Assembly (NCBI GenBank): GCA_964510165.1
Contig: CAZEBC010000051.1
Span: 3,791 to 22,434, forward strand
Reading direction: 5' to 3'
Length of the DNA stretch: 18,644 nt
Source: an uncultured bacterium
Lineage (GTDB): Bacteria > Abyssobacteria > SURF-5
Part shown: piece after piece, positions 15,119 through 18,644 of the stretch
Numbering within the stretch: the first letter of the stretch is position 1
Layout of the letters: each line of letters starts with the position of its first letter
Position numbers and translations under genes: made by a program
The notes under the pieces: generated by a model
Databases searched by the model: none
What the model was told of the DNA's origin: nothing
Seen by the model: the letters and a program-made list of their open reading frames with translations, nothing else

Positions 15119-16708
15119 TTACGCTTGCCCGTTGATTATGTCGAGCGCCTCCGCGCGGTAGGCGTCCATGATGTAGGGGATGCCCGTCACCTTCGTGCAT
15201 TCCTCGGTCAGAGACGCGAGGTCACTGCGCTTGATGAGGTCCACGCGCCACTTGCGGGCGCCCGCCATGAGCTGCTGCAAGCCGACGCGGAGTTTCTCGC
15301 TCACGCTGTAGACGCCGAGCGCGCCCAGCGGCATCTTGTCGGCGTCCTTGCCGTACTTCGCCTTGAGTTCCTCGTAGCAGACGAAAATCTCTTCCTTCGT
15401 GCTTCCGAACTTCGAGACGGTCTTCGGCAGGCCGCCATCTTCGCCGTTGAGCCAGCGCGCGATGTTCTTGCCGACCATGCCCGGGATCATGAGCGCGCGT
15501 CCCATGCAGACGGCCTTGGCGAAAGGCGCTCCGAGCGCGAGGGCCTTGAACACGTGGTCCTCGGAGCTGAAGCCGCCAGCGAACGCGATGTCGGGCACGT
15601 TCTTGCCCTTCTCGGCCAGCATCTTGCACAGTTCGTAGGCCATGCTATGCAGATAGATGGAGGGGATGCCCCACTCCGCCATCATGCGCCACGGGCTCAT
15701 GCCGGTACCGCCCGGCGCGCCGTCGATGGTCAGGAGGTCGATCTTCGCGTCGGACGACCATTTGATCGCCATCGCAAGTTCGCGCATCGGGTAGGCGCCC
15801 GTCTTGAGCGTGACGCGCTTGGCGCCCAGTTTTCTCAGTCGCTCGACTTCCTTCATGAAACCCTCATAATCGATGAAGCCGAGCCGCGAATGCCGCTCGA
15901 ATTGCCTGATGGCGCCGTCCTTGAACGCCGCCTGGTTGGCGGGGTTCTCGGGGTCGGGCGTGACGATGTAGCCGCGCTTCTTCAGTTCGAGCGCGCGCTC
16001 GAGGGTGTTAACCTTGATTTCGCCGCCGATGCATTTTGCGCCCTGTCCCCACTTGAGCTCGATGGTCTCGACGCCCAGCTTCTCGATGCAGTACTCGGCC
16101 ACGCCGAAGCGGGTGTCCTCGACGTTCAGTTGCACGAGGATGTCGCCATAGCCCTCATGGTAGCGGCGGTATTCCTCGACGCGCCGACGCATGTCGGGCG
16201 CTTCCTTCACTTTGCCGTTCGAGTTGAGCTCGAGCTTCGGGTCGATGCCGCACACGTTCTCGCCGCACACCAGGCTGATTCCGCTGATGGCCGCGCCGAC
16301 CGCGAAGTGCTCCCAGTTCTTGCGGGCGATCTCGGTGCTGCCGAGCGCTCCCGTAAAGATGGGAACCTTCATCTTGACCTTGTTCGTCGTGCCGAATCGG
16401 GTCTCGGTATTCACGACGGGGAAGGTCGCATGGTCGGGATCGGCCTGCATGCCCTCCGCCCCGAGCGCGTATCCCATGATGTTGAGGTGCGAATAATCCA
16501 CCGGATAGTCCTTGTCGGCGCCGGCAGTGACCTCGCCGAACGGACCGGGATACAACAGTTCGCGGCCGCGGAACGTCGCGGTGAACAGGTCGCACGCGCC
16601 CTTGCAGCCGTCGACACAGCGGCTGCATATGCCCGACTGGGGCGCGACGTTGCGCGAACGGTTGCTGGTCTGCACCGCCTCGTTTGCGTTTGGACGATGT
16701 AGGTTCAT
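15119..16708 (-). CDS. Stand-alone FMN-binding glutamate synthase family protein (GltB FMN domain only), 529 aa
   Basis: PIFTGALGST, IELKWGQGAKCIGGE, TLKTG, LTIDGAPGGTG, AFAGGF, KALALGA, MGRA; N-terminal CxxCxxxCxxxC; no glutamine amidotransferase domain. SD AAGGAG upstream. Confidence 0.9.
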   Translation of the reverse strand: MNLHRPNANEAVQTSNRSRNVAPQSGICSRCVDGCKGACDLFTATFRGRELLYPGPFGEVTAGADKDYPVDYSHLNIMGYALGAEGMQADPDHATFPVVNTETRFGTTNKVKMKVPIFTGALGSTEIARKNWEHFAVGAAISGISLVCGENVCGIDPKLELNSNGKVKEAPDMRRRVEEYRRYHEGYGDILVQLNVEDTRFGVAEYCIEKLGVETIELKWGQGAKCIGGEIKVNTLERALELKKRGYIVTPDPENPANQAAFKDGAIRQFERHSRLGFIDYEGFMKEVERLRKLGAKRVTLKTGAYPMRELAMAIKWSSDAKIDLLTIDGAPGGTGMSPWRMMAEWGIPSIYLHSMAYELCKMLAEKGKNVPDIAFAGGFSSEDHVFKALALGAPFAKAVCMGRALMIPGMVGKNIARWLNGEDGGLPKTVSKFGSTKEEIFVCYEELKAKYGKDADKMPLGALGVYSVSEKLRVGLQQLMAGARKWRVDLIKRSDLASLTEECTKVTGIPYIMDAYRAEALDIINGQA

Positions 16709-16835
16709 TGTTGTCTCCTTTTCCAGTATTTCCGGCTATGGCTTGCCGAACCGCCTCATTCGTGACCGCCGCAGCCAGTCACCCGTTCGGGCATGCTCAA
16801 AACTTGAAGGGTTCTTTGAGTCCACGTGAGCATGC

Positions 16836-16863
16836 GGCAATTAATAACCGGCAATTACTTGCC
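16836..16863. promoter_or_regulatory. Tandem candidate NrpR-type operators
   Basis: GGCAATTAATAACC (16836-16849) abuts GGCAATTACTTGCC (16850-16863; GGCA-N6-TGCC), covering the predicted +1 of the minus-strand promoter. Confidence 0.5.
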
Positions 16864-16864
16864 T

Positions 16865-16894
16865 ATAATACCATGCTTACTGATGGCCTGTCAA
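16865..16894 (-). promoter_or_regulatory. Sigma70-type promoter for the glutamate-synthase-like gene
   Basis: Minus strand TTGACA (16894-16889), 18-bp spacer ending in TGG (extended -10), TATTAT (16870-16865). Confidence 0.7.
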
Positions 16895-17137
16895 GGGTAA
16901 AAGGCAAGAAAATCCAAGTATTTTCGAGATTTTTCCGAATGGCGCTCCTGGAAACAATCGGCAATTTTACCGGCATTTGTTCGGCAAAAAAGCCGCACTT
17001 AGGACGGGGGACCTTCCGAAGCGAAGAAGACCCGCTTTCCACGATTCACCATCGTATTGTATGCCTCCGTCGCATTCCGGCCCATGCGCGCATAGGCTTG
17101 CGTCGAGAAGTTATCGGCAAATTTGCCATTATTTAGC

Positions 17138-17166
17138 TTGTCAATCGGCAGGTTTTGTGGTAGAAT
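17138..17166 (+). promoter_or_regulatory. Sigma70-type promoter of nrpR
   Basis: TTGTCA (17138-17143), 17-bp spacer ending in TGG (extended -10), TAGAAT (17161-17166). Confidence 0.7.
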
Positions 17167-17173
17167 GAGGCCT

Positions 17174-18181
17174 ATGAGCGAAAAGACCGAAAAGAAACGT
17201 CTTGCCATTCTGAGGGTGCTTCAGCAGTCGCCGAAGGCGCTCGGCAGTTCGAAGATAACCGAGCGGCTCCTGGCCGAAGGACACGAGATAACCGAGCGTA
17301 CCGTCCGATTCTATCTTCAAACCATGGACAGCGACGGCTTGACCGAGAACCTGGGCAGGCGGGGGAGGGTCATCACGCGACGCGGGATGGACGAGCTTTC
17401 GAGCGCGCGCATATTCGAGAAGGTCGGCTACCTCGCGGCAAAGATAGACCAGATGACCTATCGCATGAGCTTCGACCTTTCAAAGAAACAGGGCAGCATC
17501 GTCGCCAATGTGAGTCTGCTCGAGACTTCGCAATTGAAGGCGGCAACGCCGCTGGTCAAGCGCGTATTCCAGGCGGGCTACGCGATGGGCCGGCTGATGG
17601 CGCTGTTTCCGCCGGGCGAGCGCGTCGGCGACATGACCGTGACCGAGGGCTTCGTCGGGATCGGGACTGTGTGCTCGATCACGCTGAACGGAGTGCTCCT
17701 TTCGCATGGGATTCCCACGCATTCCCGGTTTGGCGGATTGCTCGAGATGCAGGACTACAAGCCCACGCGTTTCGTGCAGTTCATCCATTACAGCGGTACC
17801 ACGCTCGACCCGTTGGAGATATTCATCCGCAGCGGCATGACCGACTACGTCGGCGCGACGCGGAACGGCAACGGGCGCATCGGCGCGAGTTTTCGGGAGG
17901 TTCCGGCGGAGAGCCGCGACCGCGTGATCGAGCTTGCTCATCGGCTGGAGAAAGTGGGCCTCGGCGGGTTCATGACGATCGGCTGGCCGGGCCAGCCGCT
18001 GCTTGAGATCCCTGTCAACTACGGCCAGGTGGGCGCCATCGTCATCGGGGGACTGAACCCCGTAGCGATTCTCGAGGAAAAGGGCATCAAATGCCACTCG
18101 CGCGCGCTCGCCGCGATGGTCCCCTACGAGCAATTCTTCCCCTACGACGAACTCGACGCCCGCGTGAGGGAGTATCTCTGA
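17174..18181 (+). CDS. nrpR: NrpR-family nitrogen regulator (winged HTH plus NRD/DUF128 domain), 335 aa
   Basis: ILRVL...LGSSKI...ITERTVRFYL..MDSDGLT...GR.IT..G wHTH; GTVCSITLNGVLL..GIP..SRFGGLL, YSGTTLDPLEIFI, GASFREVP, GGLNPVA..E typical of NRD domains. ATG 17174 is the first start at or after the predicted +1. Confidence 0.9.
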   Translation: MSEKTEKKRLAILRVLQQSPKALGSSKITERLLAEGHEITERTVRFYLQTMDSDGLTENLGRRGRVITRRGMDELSSARIFEKVGYLAAKIDQMTYRMSFDLSKKQGSIVANVSLLETSQLKAATPLVKRVFQAGYAMGRLMALFPPGERVGDMTVTEGFVGIGTVCSITLNGVLLSHGIPTHSRFGGLLEMQDYKPTRFVQFIHYSGTTLDPLEIFIRSGMTDYVGATRNGNGRIGASFREVPAESRDRVIELAHRLEKVGLGGFMTIGWPGQPLLEIPVNYGQVGAIVIGGLNPVAILEEKGIKCHSRALAAMVPYEQFFPYDELDARVREYL

Positions 18182-18210
18182 CCCTGGCGGAAATTCGCGA
18201 CATTCTTATC

Positions 18211-18451
18211 CGCAGGTTGCGCGGATTGACGCCGATTTTGATTCAACCAGAGACGAGAGACCAGAGACGAGAAACGCTTCTTCAACCGCGGACCGTAAAC
18301 CCAAAACTCCGGGAACACGAATCACACGAACGGGAACGAATCATACGAATGAAAACTTTGGACGTCGGACATTGGACCACGGACTTGAGGCTTGAAAAGC
18401 CGAGCGAAGCGAGCGACTTCCACCGCAAAGAAAGACGCGGCGCGCGCGAAG
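18211..18451. repeat. Patchwork of short degenerate tandem repeats (7-, 9- and ~20-mers)
   Basis: CGCAGGTTG/CGCGGATTG/CGCCGATTT; CCAGAGA/CGAGAGA x2; AACCGCG/GACCGTA/AACCCAA/AACTCCG; CGGGAA(CA)CGAATCAYACGAA x2; ACTTTGG/ACGTCGG/ACATTGG/ACCACGG/ACTTGAG. Confidence 0.7.
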
Positions 18452-18644
18452 GGGGGAGTGAAGAGTTGAAAAAGGAATGTTCACTATCAACCCAGGTAAT
18501 TGAAGTACAGCTTCGGGAAAGAAGTTGGATTATTCAGCGCGGGATTTTGTTAAGATTTTTGAGATGACCCTTTCGTCTTCTCCACGGGCCGGCCCTTGTT
18601 CTGACATTACTAATCGAGTCTCAATGGCGTGCTTGCCGCAATTA

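Noticed and set aside
15095..16702. 535-aa plus-strand ORF
   Set aside because: In-register antisense shadow of the strongly codon-biased glutamate-synthase-like gene.
16684..17208. Short ORFs in the glutamate synthase-nrpR intergenic region
   Set aside because: They overlap promoters and candidate operators, lack SD sequences and have no coding signature.
18211..18451. Possible CRISPR array
   Set aside because: Repeats are 7-20 bp, degenerate and abutting, with no unique 30-40-bp spacers and no cas genes.
18091..18567. 158-aa plus-strand ORF after nrpR
   Set aside because: Overlaps nrpR, runs through the repeat mosaic and has no protein-like motifs.
18530..18643. Open minus-strand frame from the window edge (...NCGKHAIETRLVMSEQGPARGEDERVISKILTKSRAE*)
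   Set aside because: Could be the 3' end of a convergent gene, but it is only 37 codons with no recognisable motif and cannot be supported without flanking sequence.

Overview
GC-rich bacterial chromosomal DNA. The gene content suggests an anaerobe (RACo/ASKHA ATPase, NrpR, NDP-forming acyl-CoA synthetase, stand-alone FMN glutamate-synthase-like protein); this is inference and the taxon cannot be fixed from the sequence. There are four blocks. (1) A minus-strand operon glgC-glgA-galT-like-panE. (2) A divergent plus-strand unit with a long structured leader: YeiH/putative sulfate exporter, a 57-aa membrane protein missed by the ORF track, a RACo-like ASKHA ATPase lacking an Fe-S domain, and a YhhN-like membrane protein, followed by a small 3-Cys protein. 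(3) A minus-strand unit of two tandem 399-aa MFS paralogs, a SAM methyltransferase and an orphan acyl-CoA synthetase alpha subunit. (4) A stand-alone FMN glutamate-synthase-like gene divergent from nrpR, with tandem GGCA-N6-TGCC-type candidate operators over its start site, a structured 5' leader, and an apparently leaderless nrpR. Intergenic DNA carries several REP-like palindromes and patchworks of 7-/9-mer tandem repeats. No rRNA, tRNA, CRISPR array or transposase was seen. The best candidates for something undescribed are the YeiH/small-protein/Fe-S-less RACo unit and the bacterial NrpR operator and leader architecture.
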